DNA of 60,962 bases, filler included. It is 3 parts of 3 records of this genome, joined end to end, with 100 filler letters (N's around TTAATTAATTAA, not from the genome) between each part and the next. Parts side by side here need not be neighbours in the genome. Positions count along the whole stretch, not along the records: positions 1 to 12,056 come from SRR22947727_3283; positions 12,157 to 32,047 come from SRR22947727_3288; 1 more part is not named here. One strand, written 5' to 3'. Shown piece by piece: positions 12,028 to 23,012 of the stretch (the stretch's first letter is position 1; each line of letters begins with the position of its first letter). The translations under genes were made by a program, and so were the position numbers. The notes beneath the pieces are model-generated. The model was given only the letters and a program-made list of their open reading frames with translations. It was not told the DNA's origin and did not search any database.

Positions 12028-12056
12028 GCCCGGGTAGCTCAGGGGTAGAGCAGTGG
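12028..12056 (+). tRNA. tRNA 5' fragment, probably tRNA-Phe, cut by the contig end before the anticodon
   Basis: GCCCGGG-TA-GCTC-AGGGGTA-GAGC-A-GTGG gives the acceptor 5' strand and D-arm; isotype from recalled similarity only. Confidence 0.75.
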
Positions 12057-12156
12057 NNNNNNNNNNNNNNNNNNNNNNNNNNNNNNNNNNNNNNNNNNNN
12101 TTAATTAATTAANNNNNNNNNNNNNNNNNNNNNNNNNNNNNNNNNNNNNNNNNNNN
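12057..12156. other. Artificial contig spacer (N44-TTAATTAATTAA-N44)
   Basis: Exactly 100 bp with a six-frame stop linker; identical to the spacer at 32048. Confidence 0.99.
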
Positions 12157-12157
12157 G

Positions 12158-12226
12158 CGTCAGGCAAAAGAAGGACTCAGCCGTCAGCGTAAGCTCGCCC
12201 GTAAAAAAGCTGAAAAAGAGGGCTGA
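12158..12226 (+). CDS. rpsU: 3' end of a ribosomal protein bS21-like gene (5' part lost in the gap)
   Basis: Translates RQAKEGLSRQRKLARKKAEKEG*, resembling the alphaproteobacterial S21 C-terminus (...AIRRARKLARKKAQREG). Confidence 0.65.
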   Translation, partial: RQAKEGLSRQRKLARKKAEKEG

Positions 12227-12360
12227 TTATTCTGCATATTTACCGAATAATCTTTCTATAAAAACTAAAAGGTCACCACCTCAGGTTGGTTTCACATCTG
12301 AACCGGTGGAAGTGATCCAATCTTAATCCCTTCCCGTATGTCGGTTAGGAGGAGATTTAA

Positions 12361-12552
12361 ATGACTACTCATCAAGAGTTTTTAAAGTTTGAAGCGGTTC
12401 TCGCTCATTGCGAAACACGGGTATCAGACACTTCACTGACCGCTGCTATGGAATATGGGCGTGAAATGCAGTTCTTCGATAGAACCAACCGACTTTCGCA
12501 ATCAGGTCAGCTACTAGCCGAACTATTATTAACTACCATCGAAGGTAAATAG
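12361..12552 (+). CDS. Small hypothetical protein (63 aa)
   Basis: Strong RBS AGGAGGAG just upstream of the ATG; no family recognised. Confidence 0.6.
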   Translation: MTTHQEFLKFEAVLAHCETRVSDTSLTAAMEYGREMQFFDRTNRLSQSGQLLAELLLTTIEGK

Positions 12553-12590
12553 TCTTCTCACAGAAAACAGGTTGGCTTCGTTCAAAACCC

Positions 12591-12872
12591 TCATTTTGCA
12601 TCCTGTTGCTTGTAAAATGGTGATCTTTCGCCACTAACTTGTAGCTTGTCCTTGCCGTCTCGTTCTATCGTGAAAGCCGGAGAAATAGGTCGCCAGTCCA
12701 TTTCAATACAATACTGAACGAACTCTTTTTGCACCTCTTTGCCAATTTCTAATGCTTCGTCTGCTTTACAGATCAGGCAATCATGCAAAATGAATATTGG
12801 TCTGTTCAGGCGCTCCACTACCCGCATCAAGATTTCGGTCTCATGGTACGCCAGTGCTTCGCTATCAAGGAC
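12591..12872 (-). pseudogene. C-terminal fragment of a family-A DNA polymerase/T7-type polymerase superfamily-like protein
   Basis: DSEALAYHETEILMRVV...PIFILHDCLIC resembles the helix plus motif C (hhhHD) of the palm domain; no plausible start. Confidence 0.45.
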
Positions 12873-13328
12873 CGGGCTACCAGTGGCGAAGTAATAGACA
12901 GTTTTCTTACACAGCCAGAAATCGATCATCTAAATGATGTTGCTCGATTAATTGGTTATCTAAATAAAACACTATTATACCTAACGGCCTTTCTGTTTTG
13001 TCTTGTGACGTTTTGTTGGACATTAAAAGTCCGGAAAAACACAAATATATGGAGACCTTTCACTGTAGGAAAGTCATTCATAAGCATGTTGGCAGTGTTG
13101 TTAATTTGTTTTGCCATCGTAACAGCAGTTGGCCCGCAAAGAGTTTTTTATGCTCTTCACGAGTGGATTTTTGCCGGCATGGCTCCTTGGCACTTTTATT
13201 TCCAGGACTCATTGATGACCACCATGTTAACCGAGCCTCTATTTGGGAGCATATCAATTTTATTGGTGGGAACCGCATTTGTTTTCTGGCTTTTGCTATC
13301 AGCTCTGATCAAAAGAATTTTGGCTTAG
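12870..13328 (+). pseudogene. 5'-truncated DUF1461 (lipoprotein intramolecular transacylase Lit-like) membrane protein
   Basis: FLTQPEIDHLNDVA and GPQRVFYALHEWIF...WHFYFQDSLMTTM contain the two conserved His motifs; the N-terminal TM segment is missing. Confidence 0.65.
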
Positions 13329-13735
13329 ATGTTGCGTAACCCTGCAACTGCCCCGGGCAAATTCCCAAGCGCGGCAATGTTGACGTCCAACATCACCTGT
13401 CTTTGTATTTATCCCAATATTCGATCACCCACTTTGGTCTGTGCGACCCACAGCGTGGAAACCTAGCCCAGCGGCAGGTTTTATCCGCCAGGAAGTTTGG
13501 GCGTGGAAAGCCATGAAAGGCAAGCATTAAGGTTTGATGTGCGGGCTTCAAAGGGGGCACAAATATATCCATCAAATATTGACGCCGCAAATGGTACTTG
13601 AAACTCTGTACCCACTCTCATGGGTAATCGTCTTTCTTCCGAGCTTGATCGGCGACAAACCCTTGCTCAACCTAGAGGTTGAACGGGCTGAATGATCGCT
13701 GGGTCGCGATTGGTCATCTTAAATTTTTGGGGAAA

Positions 13736-13811
13736 TGGTGGACCCTAGCGGGATCGAACCGCTGACCTCCTGCATGCCATGCAGGCGCTCTCCCAGCTGA
13801 GCTAAGGGCCC
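13736..13811 (-). tRNA. tRNA-Ala(GGC)
   Basis: 76-nt cloverleaf GGGCCCTTAGCTCAGCTGGGAGAGCGCCTGCATGGCATGCAGGAGGTCAGCGGTTCGATCCCGCTAGGGTCCACCA; anticodon GGC, encoded CCA. Confidence 0.98.
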
Positions 13812-13882
13812 TTTGATGTCTTGCTGTCTAGGCAAGGCTTGGCGCGGGATCAAGAGGAAATCAGCGCGCCAAGCAAAGAAAT

Positions 13883-14206
13883 TTAGCTGTCGTCGTCGTC
13901 TGTGGCGACATCTGCGATTTCATCGAGTGAAACCGTATCATCGTCGTCGTCATCAAGCACATCATCGCCCAAATCTACATCGACGTCATCATCGTCCAAT
14001 ACCACTTCATCGGCATCTGTGTCGGCTTCATTCATCTTTGTTGTCTGTGCATCTTCCGCATCGGCCACCATTGTGCGACCTTTATTTGCGTCAAGCGTAA
14101 CAGTTTCGCCCGTGTAGGGGCTGATGATCGGATCTTTATTCAAGTCGTAAAAACGCTTGCCTGTGGTGGGGCAAATACGTTTGGTACCCCATTCTTCGTT
14201 CGGCAT
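13883..14206 (-). CDS. TIGR02300 / FYDLN acidic protein
   Basis: MPNEEWGTKRICPTTGKRFYDLN plus a very acidic tail; RBS GAGGGG; start reset to ATG 14206. Confidence 0.93.
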   Translation of the reverse strand: MPNEEWGTKRICPTTGKRFYDLNKDPIISPYTGETVTLDANKGRTMVADAEDAQTTKMNEADTDADEVVLDDDDVDVDLGDDVLDDDDDDTVSLDEIADVATDDDDS

Positions 14207-14303
14207 GGGTTTTCCCCTCTCGCAATCGGTGACAATCTGTGCCGAGTGCCATACACAAGAGGCGGTGTCAAAGGTGAAATCTATTAATTCGTGGATGTCG
14301 TGG

Positions 14304-15014
14304 ATGAATCTGCCCTCAAATACGGCTGATCGGCAGATTATACTGCCCGGCCGGCCTGAAATTACGGTGCTTTTGCGCCCATCGCGCCGGGCAAGCCGCC
14401 TGTCTCTGCGGATCTCGCGGCTCAAAGGGCAGGTGACACTCAGTCTGCCTTTGTCCTGTCCGATGGTGCAGGCGAAAAATTTTGTTCTGGAAAAAGAATC
14501 TTGGATCCGTGCGCATTTGGCCGATTTGCCCCGGGTGGCCCAGGCGGGTTTTGACCGTCAGCTGCCCTTTGCCGGTCGCCTATTAACCATAGCCCCGGGC
14601 GCGGGGCGGCAGGTTGAGCTGAGCGGGGATCGACTGTTGGTGCCTGGCCGCGAGTCTTTGGTGCCTGCGCGCGTGAAAGCCTTTTTAAAGCTGCAAGCGC
14701 GCTTGGCGCTGCAAGAGGCGGTTGATCACTATTCCGAACGTCTCGGGCGGCCCTATGGGCGCCTGACACTGCGGGACACGACCTCGAGATGGGGGTCTTG
14801 TTCAACGCAGGGAAATTTGAACTTCTCATGGCGCTTGATCATGGCCCCACCTGAGGTGTTGCGCTATGTGGCGGCCCATGAGGTGGCGCATTTGGAACAG
14901 ATGAATCACTCCGCCGCCTTTTGGGCGCTGGTTGAGCGCCTCTTTCCGGGCCATCAGGCGCAGCGTGACTGGCTTAAGCACCACGGTGAAGATCTGCATC
15001 GTTATCAGTTCTAA
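14304..15014 (+). CDS. YgjP/DUF45 M48-like zinc metalloprotein
   Basis: RDTTSRWGSCS, YVAAHEVAHL, NHSAAFW; start uncertain. Confidence 0.88.
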   Translation: MNLPSNTADRQIILPGRPEITVLLRPSRRASRLSLRISRLKGQVTLSLPLSCPMVQAKNFVLEKESWIRAHLADLPRVAQAGFDRQLPFAGRLLTIAPGAGRQVELSGDRLLVPGRESLVPARVKAFLKLQARLALQEAVDHYSERLGRPYGRLTLRDTTSRWGSCSTQGNLNFSWRLIMAPPEVLRYVAAHEVAHLEQMNHSAAFWALVERLFPGHQAQRDWLKHHGEDLHRYQF

Positions 15015-15058
15015 ATGGTGCTTATGGCGCGGCGCGGGCTGGCCATGCCCATTGGTGT

Positions 15059-15088
15059 TTGACAGGCGCGGCAAATGTGATCACAAAT
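15059..15088 (+). promoter_or_regulatory. Promoter of the GntR gene with palindromic operator TGTGATCACA
   Basis: TTGACA at 15059-15064; perfect palindrome at 15076-15085 over the expected -10 region. Confidence 0.65.
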
Positions 15089-15737
15089 GCATATGGCAGG
15101 AAAATTGCAAGACAGCTATCTGGCCGCACATGACCAGCTTTACCGCACATTGCGCATGCGGATCATGTACGGCGAAATGCGCCCGGGGCAGGCGATAACC
15201 CTGCGGGGCGTGGCCGAGGAATTCGGAGTCTCTGTGACCCCGGTGCGCGAGGCGTTGAAGCGGCTGGCGGCAGAGGGGGCTCTGAGCATTTCGGTGAGCG
15301 GGCGGTTCCAAACCCCGGCTCTGACCAATGACCGGATTGAGGAGCTTGCTGCTCTGCGGGCGTTGATCGAGGTGGAATTGGCCACACGGGCCTTGCCGCG
15401 GGCGCATATGGCGCTGGTTGAGCGGTTACAAACGATAAATAACGCCATTTCTGTGGCTGTGGCGAAGGCGGATGCTGTCACTTACATACGGACAAATCTC
15501 GAGTTTCACCGCACGCTCTACTTGCGGGCCCAGGCTCCGGCGATGCTGGCAACGGTCGAGACAGTGTGGCTGCAAATGGGCCCAACGATGCGGGCGCTCT
15601 ATGGCCGGTTGCAACGTAAGGATCCGCCAATGCATCACCGCCTGATTCTTGCGGCTTTGAAAGCTGGCGATGAACCGGGCCTTCGGGTGGCTGTGCGGGC
15701 GGATGTCACCCAGGGGCTGCGCATGTTGGCGCGCTGA
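15087..15737 (+). CDS. GntR-family transcriptional regulator (FCD domain)
   Basis: wHTH AEEFGVSVTPVREALKRLAAEG; FCD motifs NLEFH and HHRLILAAL; the start may be ATG 15093. Confidence 0.92.
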   Translation: MHMAGKLQDSYLAAHDQLYRTLRMRIMYGEMRPGQAITLRGVAEEFGVSVTPVREALKRLAAEGALSISVSGRFQTPALTNDRIEELAALRALIEVELATRALPRAHMALVERLQTINNAISVAVAKADAVTYIRTNLEFHRTLYLRAQAPAMLATVETVWLQMGPTMRALYGRLQRKDPPMHHRLILAALKAGDEPGLRVAVRADVTQGLRMLAR

Positions 15738-15830
15738 GACCTCTGCATAACTCAACTGCCAAGCTAAAACACTGTGCCCGCTGCCCTCATTTCATATTGC
15801 AAGGGGGTTATGCATAGGTCTTCGTTAAGA

Positions 15831-15850
15831 CCTGCACCCATGGGCGCAGG
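15831..15850 (-). terminator. Hairpin between the convergent GntR and lpdA genes
   Basis: CCTGCACCC-AT-GGGCGCAGG inverted repeat 40 bp after the lpdA stop. Confidence 0.5.
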
Positions 15851-15890
15851 CTTGAAAATACGATAGATTGCGTGACGGCGGCGGCCTGGC

Positions 15891-17279
15891 TTAGCTGTGA
15901 ATTGCCCCATCGCCACAGGCCAAAGCCGCCTCGCGCACGGCTTCGGAATAGGTGGGATGGGCGTGGCAGGTACGCGCCAAATCTTCAGCGGCGGCGCCAA
16001 ATTCCATTGCCACGCAGACCTCATGGATCAGATCTCCCGCCATTGGGCCGATGATATGCGCGCCAAGAATGCGATCGGTTGTTGCGTCTGCTAGGATTTT
16101 CACAAAGCCATCAGCCGCAAAATTTGCTTTTGCGCGGCCATTGCCCATGAAGGAAAACTTGCCGGCCTTGTAGGCTCGGCCTGCCTCTTTCAATTGCTCT
16201 TCGGTTTGGCCAACGGTGGCGACCTCTGGATGGGTGTAGATCACACCGGGGATTACATCATAGTTCACATGGCCTGCTTGCCCTGCCAAGATTTCCGCCA
16301 CGGCCATGCCTTCATCTTCGGCCTTATGGGCCAGCATGGGGCCCGTTATGGCGTCGCCAATGGCATAAATGCCGGGAACAGAGGTTGCATAATGGGCATC
16401 GGTTTCGATTTGACCGCGCGCGGTGAGGGTGACGCCAAGCGCGTCCAATCCGAGGCCGTCGACGTAGGGACGCCGGCCCGTGGCGACAAGCACCACATCC
16501 GCCTCCAGCTCATGCGTGGTGTCTTTTTTGCGTTTGACATAGCTCACAGTGGCTTTGCCTTTTTTCACTGCAACGGATTGCACGGCTGCGCCCATGGTGA
16601 ACTTGAGGCCTTGTTTTTTGAGAATCCTGAGGAAGGTTTTTTGCACCTCACCGTCCATACCGGGGGTGATGTCGTCCAGAAATTCTATCACCTCAACCTC
16701 GGTGCCCAGGCGCGCATAGACAGATCCCAATTCCAATCCAATAACACCAGCGCCGATCACCACCATTTTGCTCGGAATTTTGTCCAACGCCAGGGCACCT
16801 GTTGATGTCACGACGGTTTTCTCATCAATTTCAATTCCGGGCAGGCTGGAGGGTTCGGAGCCAGAAGCGATGATGATGTGTTTGGCCTGATGGATGTCAT
16901 CACCAACTTTGACCTGACCGGCCGCAGGAATGCTGCCCCAGCCTTTCAGCCAGTCAATTTTGTTTTTCTTGAATAGAAACTCAATGCCCTTGGTATTGCC
17001 GTCAATCACCTCGGTTTTATACCCCTGCATCTTCGCCCAATCGACCTTGGGATCTTCGGCAATCAAACCCATTTTGGCAAAATTATGTTGCGCTTCATGC
17101 AATTGGTGGCTGGCATGTAGCAGGGCTTTGGAGGGGATACAGCCGACATTCAGGCAGGTCCCCCCAAGCGTGTCACGCCCCTCGACACAGGCGGTTTTGA
17201 GACCGAGCTGGGCGCAGCGAATAGCGCTGACATAGCCACCGGGGCCGGAGCCAATCACAATTACATCATAAGAAGCCAT
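15891..17279 (-). CDS. lpdA: Dihydrolipoyl dehydrogenase (E3)
   Basis: [28 protein letters not shown]. Confidence 0.98.
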   Translation of the reverse strand: MASYDVIVIGSGPGGYVSAIRCAQLGLKTACVEGRDTLGGTCLNVGCIPSKALLHASHQLHEAQHNFAKMGLIAEDPKVDWAKMQGYKTEVIDGNTKGIEFLFKKNKIDWLKGWGSIPAAGQVKVGDDIHQAKHIIIASGSEPSSLPGIEIDEKTVVTSTGALALDKIPSKMVVIGAGVIGLELGSVYARLGTEVEVIEFLDDITPGMDGEVQKTFLRILKKQGLKFTMGAAVQSVAVKKGKATVSYVKRKKDTTHELEADVVLVATGRRPYVDGLGLDALGVTLTARGQIETDAHYATSVPGIYAIGDAITGPMLAHKAEDEGMAVAEILAGQAGHVNYDVIPGVIYTHPEVATVGQTEEQLKEAGRAYKAGKFSFMGNGRAKANFAADGFVKILADATTDRILGAHIIGPMAGDLIHEVCVAMEFGAAAEDLARTCHAHPTYSEAVREAALACGDGAIHS

Positions 17280-17433
17280 AAGAAAGGTCCTTTATTTTCA
17301 GGGCGGGCCCGGGAGCCCATGGTTGTATTTCTGTCCCAACCTCAACCTAAGTGAGGCCGGGCAAAGATCATAACGTACAAATGTCCAAAATGAACACTAT
17401 GGCCACCGCCGGTGACGTTGGATCTCTGCCGGA

Positions 17434-18930
17434 TTAGAGATCCATCAACAGGCGGCGCGGGTCTTCTAAGGCTTCTTTGACGCGCACGAGGAAGGTGACG
17501 GCGCCCTTGCCGTCCACGACCCGGTGATCATAGCTCAAAGCCAGATACATCATGGGGCGAATAACCACCTCACCGTTGATCGCCATCGGACGGTCTTGGA
17601 TCTTATGCATGCCCAATATGCCCGATTGCGGTGGGTTGAGGATAGGCGAAGACATCAGCGAGCCGTAGACACCTCCGTTGGAGATGGTGAAGGTGCCGCC
17701 CTGCATTTCCGCCATGGACAATTTACCATCACGCGCGCGGGCGCCTTTTTCTGCAATGGCTTTTTCGATCTCGGCAAAGGACAAGGAATCCGCATCACGG
17801 ATCACCGGAACCACCAATCCTGTTGGCGTGCCCGCGGCGATGCCCATGTGGACGAAATTTTTATACACGATATCTGTGCCATCAATTTCCGAGTTGACCT
17901 CTGGCACCTCGCGCAGCGCATGGCAGCAGGCCACTGTGAAAAAAGACATAAAGCCCAGTTTTACGCCATGTTTCTTTAAAAACAGATCTTTATATTCATT
18001 ACGCAGGGCCATGACCTCTGTCATGTCGACTTCATTGTAAGTGGTCAACATGGCCGCAGTGTTCTGGCTGTCCTTGAGACGCCGCGCAATGGTTTGGCGC
18101 AGGCGTGTCATCTTCACGCGCTCTTCGCGCGCGGCATCATCTGCAGGAACCGCCGCGCGAATGGGCGTGGCTGGCGGGATCGGAGCGGCCTGGGGCGCGG
18201 CTGCGGCGAGGGCTTTTTGAACGTCTTGTTTCATCACACGGTTATCTTTGCCTGTTGCGGTCACATCATTTCGGTTGAGCCCGGCCTCGGACATAAGCTT
18301 TTTCGCCGACGGGGCATCTTCGACATCATGGCTTTTTCCAGCGGCGGTGGCGGCGGCCTCAGCTGGGGCTGGATTGCTGGAGATGTCCCCGCCAATCACA
18401 GCCAATTGTCCGCCCGCTTGCACGGTGCTGCCTTCGGCGGCAAGGATTTGCCCCAAAACACCGGCGGCCGGTGCGGGCACTTCCACACTCACCTTATCGG
18501 TTTCCAATTCACAGAGCATTTCATCCTGCGCCACCGTATCGCCTGGTTTTTTGTACCAGGTCGAGACTGTGGCCTCCGTGACAGATTCGCCCAAGACCGG
18601 TACCATCACTGCGACGGTTTGTGCCGCCGGCGCAGGTGCACTCTTGGCGGCTGTCGCCGTGGCTGTGGCTGCGGCGGGTCCCGGGGCTGCGGCACCCTCG
18701 TTGATTTGTGCCAACAGCGCTTCGGTGCTGACGGTCGCGCCTTCCGCGGCAACGATTTCCGCCAATGTGCCCGCCACGGGGCTGGGCACCTCAACGGTGA
18801 CCTTGTCAGTTTCCAGCTCACAGAGCATATCGTCCACGGCAACTTGATCGCCAGGTTTTTTGAACCAGGTCGCGACAGTGGCCTCGGTCACAGATTCGCC
18901 CAAAGTGGGAACACGAACTTCGGTGGCCAT
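17434..18930 (-). CDS. sucB: 2-oxoglutarate dehydrogenase E2 with two lipoyl domains
   Basis: ELETDKV motif twice; catalytic YDHRVVDG. Confidence 0.98.
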   Translation of the reverse strand: MATEVRVPTLGESVTEATVATWFKKPGDQVAVDDMLCELETDKVTVEVPSPVAGTLAEIVAAEGATVSTEALLAQINEGAAAPGPAAATATATAAKSAPAPAAQTVAVMVPVLGESVTEATVSTWYKKPGDTVAQDEMLCELETDKVSVEVPAPAAGVLGQILAAEGSTVQAGGQLAVIGGDISSNPAPAEAAATAAGKSHDVEDAPSAKKLMSEAGLNRNDVTATGKDNRVMKQDVQKALAAAAPQAAPIPPATPIRAAVPADDAAREERVKMTRLRQTIARRLKDSQNTAAMLTTYNEVDMTEVMALRNEYKDLFLKKHGVKLGFMSFFTVACCHALREVPEVNSEIDGTDIVYKNFVHMGIAAGTPTGLVVPVIRDADSLSFAEIEKAIAEKGARARDGKLSMAEMQGGTFTISNGGVYGSLMSSPILNPPQSGILGMHKIQDRPMAINGEVVIRPMMYLALSYDHRVVDGKGAVTFLVRVKEALEDPRRLLMDL

Positions 18931-18934
18931 GATT

Positions 18935-21892
18935 TTATCCTTTCAACGTAAGCGCTTCATCGACGAGCGCGGCTTGTTGTGATTTGTGTATAGAGGCAAG
19001 CCCGGTTGCAGGGGAGGCCGAGGTGGCCCGTCCGACATAGGCCGGGCGGCTGTATTTGGCACCAATGCGCGTGAGGACCCATTCAATATTTGGCTCAATA
19101 AAGGTCCAGGCACCCTGGTTTTTCGGCTCTTCCTGGCACCAGACGATTTCTGCCTGTTTGAAGCGTTCCAATTCGTTGACCATTGAGATCGCGGGGAAAG
19201 GGTAGAATTGCTCGACCCGCAGCAGATAGATATCCTCTATGCCACGCGAGTCGCGTTCTTCGAGCAGATCGTAATAGACTTTGCCCGAACAGATCACCAC
19301 ACGTTTGATCTTTTTATCCGCAACCAACTTTGTCTCGGAATTGCCATATTGTGCATCATCCCACAGCACCCGGTGAAAGCTGGATCCGGTGGTGAATTCT
19401 GCGCGCTTTGACACTGCCATCTTGTGACGCAACAGAGATTTTGGCGTCATGAGAACCAAGGGTTTTCGGAAGGTGCGGTGAATTTGCCGGCGCAAGATAT
19501 GGAAATAATTGGCCGGGGTGGTGCAATTGGCGACGATCCAATTGTCATGGCCGCACATTTGCAAAAAGCGCTCTAGGCGGGCGGAGCTGTGCTCTGGGCC
19601 TTGGCCTTCAAACCCATGGGGCAGCAGCATCGTGAGACCGGACATGCGCAGCCACTTGCTTTCCCCGCTGGAGATGAATTGATCAAACATGATCTGCGCG
19701 CCATTGGCAAAATCGCCAAATTGCGCTTCCCACATGACCAAAGCATTGGGCTCGGCCAAGCTGTAACCATATTCAAAGCCCAAGACCGCATATTCGGAAA
19801 GCATCGAATCGATGACCTCATACTGGCCCTGTCCTTCACGGATATTGTTGAGCGGGTAGTAGCGCTCCTCGGTATCCTGATTGACCAGGCCAGAATGGCG
19901 GTGGCTAAAGGTGCCGCGTGTACTGTCTTGCCCCGCGAGGCGCACCGGATGGCCCTCTGTCAGCAAGGAGCCAAAGGCCAAAGCCTCGCCTGTGGCCCAA
20001 TCGATCCCTTCGCCGCTGCTCAGCGCTTTGGATTTGGCATCCAGCATGCGCTGCACGGTTTTGTGGATTGGAAAGCCTTCGGGCACCTGGCAAAGAGTGC
20101 GGGACACGTCGTCAAAAGTCTCTTCGGACATGGCTGTGGCGCCGCGTTGGTATTCTTCACCGTGGCGGTTCATTTTCGACCAGCGCCCATCGAGCCAATC
20201 GGCCTTATTGGGCTTATAGTCCTTACCCGCTTCAAATTCCGCATTCAAAAATGATTGAAAGCTGGCCTTCATATCTTCGATTTCGCCCTCTGGGATCAAG
20301 CCATCACGCACAAGCCGCTCGGTGTAGAGGGTGAGGGTGGTTTTCTGCGTTTTGATCTTTTTGTACATCAGCGGATTGGTGAACATCGGCTCATCGCCTT
20401 CGTTATGACCAAAGCGGCGATAGCAAATAATATCGACAACCACGTCTTTTTTGAATTTTTGACGGAATTCCGTGGCGACGCGGGCGGCATGGACCACGGC
20501 CTCTGGATCATCGCCATTGACGTGGAAAATAGGGGCTTCGACCATCAGAGCAATGTCAGTGGGATAGGGCGAGGAGCGGCTGAAATGCGGCGCGGTGGTG
20601 AACCCGATTTGGTTGTTCACCACGATGTGCATGGTGCCGCCGGTTTTATGCCCTTTCAGGCCCGACAGTCCAAAGCCTTCGGCGACAACACCCTGACCGG
20701 CAAAGGCGGCATCCCCATGCAGCAGGATCGGTAGAACGCTGGTACGCTCTGTGTCGTGATTTTGATCTTGTTTCGCACGCGCTTTGCCCAAGACCACCGG
20801 ATTGACGGCCTCAAGGTGGCTGGGGTTGGCGGTGAGCGACAAATGCACAGAATTGCCATCAAATTCACGATCAGAGGAGGCGCCGAGGTGGTATTTTACA
20901 TCGCCCGATCCATCCACATCCTCAGGCTTGAACGAGCCGCCTTGGAATTCGTTAAAGATCGCCCGGTAGGGTTTGGCCATGACATTGGCCAGCACCGACA
21001 GGCGGCCCCGGTGGGGCATGCCAATGATGATGTCTCTTACGCCAAGGGCGCCGCCACGTTTGATGATTTGCTCCATCGCTGGAATGAGGCTTTCGCCGCC
21101 ATCAAGCCCAAAGCGTTTGGTGCCCATGTATTTGACATGGAGGAATTTTTCGAAGCCCTCCGCCTCCACCAATTTGTTGAGAATCGCCTTGCGACCCTCG
21201 CGGGTGAAGCTGATTTCTTTGCCATAACCTTCAATCCGCTCTTTGAGCCAGGACGATTCTTCGGGGTCAGAAATATGCATATATTGCAGGGCGAAAGTGC
21301 CACAATAGGTGCGGCGAACAATTTCCAAAATCTCGCGCATGGAGGCGAATTGCAGCCCCAAAACATTATCGAGAAAGATCGGCCGGTCCATATCGGCCTC
21401 GGTGAAACCATAGCTGGCTGGATCCAATTCGGGGCGGGGGTCATCTTCGCGCATGCCCAAAGGATCCAAATCCGCCGCCAAATGGCCGCGAATACGGTAG
21501 GCACGGATCAGCATCAGGGCGCGCAGACCGTCGAGCACTGCGCGTTTGAGTTGCTCCTCATTTAATGACACGCCCGTTTCAGCGGCCTTATTGCTGATTT
21601 TCTTGCCCGCATCGCGCGCCTCGGCTGCTGCTGGGTATTCGCCGGTAAAGGCGGATGTGAGATCATCCATTGGCATGGGCGGCCAATCGCTGCGTGCCCA
21701 AGAGGGGCCTGAGGCTTTGGCGCGCACATCCCTGTCTTCATCGCCCATTGCCGCAAAGAAATCAGCCCATTGCGCGTCAACTGACACCGGATCGGCGCTG
21801 TAGCGGGCGTGCATTTGCTCGAGATATTCCGCGTTATGGCCCTGCATGAAGCTTGAGGCATGGAATTGATCGTTTGCAGACTGATCGGTCAT
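18935..21892 (-). CDS. sucA: 2-oxoglutarate dehydrogenase E1
   Basis: [31 protein letters not shown]. Confidence 0.98.
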   Translation of the reverse strand: MTDQSANDQFHASSFMQGHNAEYLEQMHARYSADPVSVDAQWADFFAAMGDEDRDVRAKASGPSWARSDWPPMPMDDLTSAFTGEYPAAAEARDAGKKISNKAAETGVSLNEEQLKRAVLDGLRALMLIRAYRIRGHLAADLDPLGMREDDPRPELDPASYGFTEADMDRPIFLDNVLGLQFASMREILEIVRRTYCGTFALQYMHISDPEESSWLKERIEGYGKEISFTREGRKAILNKLVEAEGFEKFLHVKYMGTKRFGLDGGESLIPAMEQIIKRGGALGVRDIIIGMPHRGRLSVLANVMAKPYRAIFNEFQGGSFKPEDVDGSGDVKYHLGASSDREFDGNSVHLSLTANPSHLEAVNPVVLGKARAKQDQNHDTERTSVLPILLHGDAAFAGQGVVAEGFGLSGLKGHKTGGTMHIVVNNQIGFTTAPHFSRSSPYPTDIALMVEAPIFHVNGDDPEAVVHAARVATEFRQKFKKDVVVDIICYRRFGHNEGDEPMFTNPLMYKKIKTQKTTLTLYTERLVRDGLIPEGEIEDMKASFQSFLNAEFEAGKDYKPNKADWLDGRWSKMNRHGEEYQRGATAMSEETFDDVSRTLCQVPEGFPIHKTVQRMLDAKSKALSSGEGIDWATGEALAFGSLLTEGHPVRLAGQDSTRGTFSHRHSGLVNQDTEERYYPLNNIREGQGQYEVIDSMLSEYAVLGFEYGYSLAEPNALVMWEAQFGDFANGAQIMFDQFISSGESKWLRMSGLTMLLPHGFEGQGPEHSSARLERFLQMCGHDNWIVANCTTPANYFHILRRQIHRTFRKPLVLMTPKSLLRHKMAVSKRAEFTTGSSFHRVLWDDAQYGNSETKLVADKKIKRVVICSGKVYYDLLEERDSRGIEDIYLLRVEQFYPFPAISMVNELERFKQAEIVWCQEEPKNQGAWTFIEPNIEWVLTRIGAKYSRPAYVGRATSASPATGLASIHKSQQAALVDEALTLKG

Positions 21893-22048
21893 AGGATGAC
21901 ACCTTGGTAAGGAACAAAAAGAGGGTTTGAACGTGTCGCGGCAAGGAGGGCCCTGGGCCTTTCCTTGCCGCCGTGGGTGAGCTCAAGCGCGGGGCGTGAT
22001 CGTCTAACATCAAATTTGAGTTTAAGCGTCATACCCGCCGCTCCCATA

Positions 22049-22933
22049 TTACGCGTCGATCGCGGCCAAAACAGCTTCGCCAAGGCTGGCGGGGCTCTCT
22101 GCGACGACAATACCTGCCATTTTCATGGCTTCGATCTTATCTTCTGCGCCGCCTTTGCCGCCGGCGACAATCGCGCCCGCGTGGCCCATTCTGCGGCCTG
22201 CGGGAGCTGTACGGCCAGCGATGAAGCCTGCGACGGGTTTCCAGCGGCCTTTTTTCTTTTCATCAGCCAGGAATTGCGCGGCTTCCTCTTCAGCTGAGCC
22301 GCCAATTTCGCCGATCATGATGATGGATTGGGTTTCGTCATCTGCGAGGAACCACTCGAGCACATCGATATGCTCTGTGCCTTTGATGGGATCGCCGCCG
22401 ATGCCGACGCAGGTCGATTGGCCCAAACCGACATCCGTGGTTTGCTTCACAGCTTCATAGGTCAAAGTGCCTGAGCGGGAGACCACGCCGACAGAGCCGC
22501 GGCGGTGAATATGGCCGGGCATAATGCCGATCTTGCAGGCGTCGGGTGTGATCACCCCAGGGCAGTTGGGTCCGATTAACCGGCTTGAGGAGCCTTCAAG
22601 CGCCCGCTTAACGCGCATCATGTCCAAGACGGGAATGCCTTCTGTGATGCATACGATGACTTCCATTTGCGCGTCAATTGCTTCGAGAATGGAGTCGGCG
22701 GCAAAGGGGGGCGGGACATAGATGACAGAGGCATTGGCTTCAGTGACCGATTTGGCCTCATGCACAGAGTTAAAAACCGGCAGATTTAAATGGGTTTGCC
22801 CGCCCTTGCCGGGGGTGACCCCACCGACCATTTTCGTGCCATAGGCAATGGCTTGTTCTGAGTGAAATGTGCCCTGGCTGCCGGTGAATCCCTGGCAGAT
22901 GACTTTGGTGTTTTCGTCGATAAGTACGGCCAT
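22049..22933 (-). CDS. sucD: Succinyl-CoA synthetase alpha subunit
   Basis: [22 protein letters not shown]. Confidence 0.98.
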   Translation of the reverse strand: MAVLIDENTKVICQGFTGSQGTFHSEQAIAYGTKMVGGVTPGKGGQTHLNLPVFNSVHEAKSVTEANASVIYVPPPFAADSILEAIDAQMEVIVCITEGIPVLDMMRVKRALEGSSSRLIGPNCPGVITPDACKIGIMPGHIHRRGSVGVVSRSGTLTYEAVKQTTDVGLGQSTCVGIGGDPIKGTEHIDVLEWFLADDETQSIIMIGEIGGSAEEEAAQFLADEKKKGRWKPVAGFIAGRTAPAGRRMGHAGAIVAGGKGGAEDKIEAMKMAGIVVAESPASLGEAVLAAIDA

Positions 22934-23012
22934 TCGGCGCTCCTCGTTCGTATGTTGGCAGCGGCACCTTGGGCCGGCTGCAAAATTCCAATTCAGCGGT
23001 AGCAGGGCCGCG

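Noticed and set aside
12003-12029. Hairpin GCACTGAAG...CTTCAGTGC just before the tRNA fragment
   Set aside because: Ordinary tRNA leader structure; no evidence for a separate RNA
12101-12112. TTAATTAATTAA palindrome, repeated at 32092-32103
   Set aside because: Synthetic six-frame stop linker inside N padding; not biological
13393-13590. 65-aa minus-strand ORF next to tRNA-Ala, considered as an integrase remnant
   Set aside because: No RBS and no tyrosine- or serine-recombinase motifs in the frames I translated
13660-13690. Inverted repeat TCAACCT-AG-AGGTTGA, superficially like a SoxR/MerR box
   Set aside because: Lies just 3' of tRNA-Ala and is more simply a terminator-like hairpin; no MerR-family gene or target nearby
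13883-14030. TCG/TCA triplet-like repeats
   Set aside because: They encode the Asp-rich tail of the FYDLN protein; not a repeat array or CRISPR
17340-17356. CCTCAACCTAAGTGAGG between sucB and lpdA, resembling a SoxR box
   Set aside because: One base short of the 18-bp symmetry and no supporting promoter spacing
18395-18930. Internal repeat in sucB
   Set aside because: Tandem lipoyl domains, common in Roseobacter-group E2 proteins
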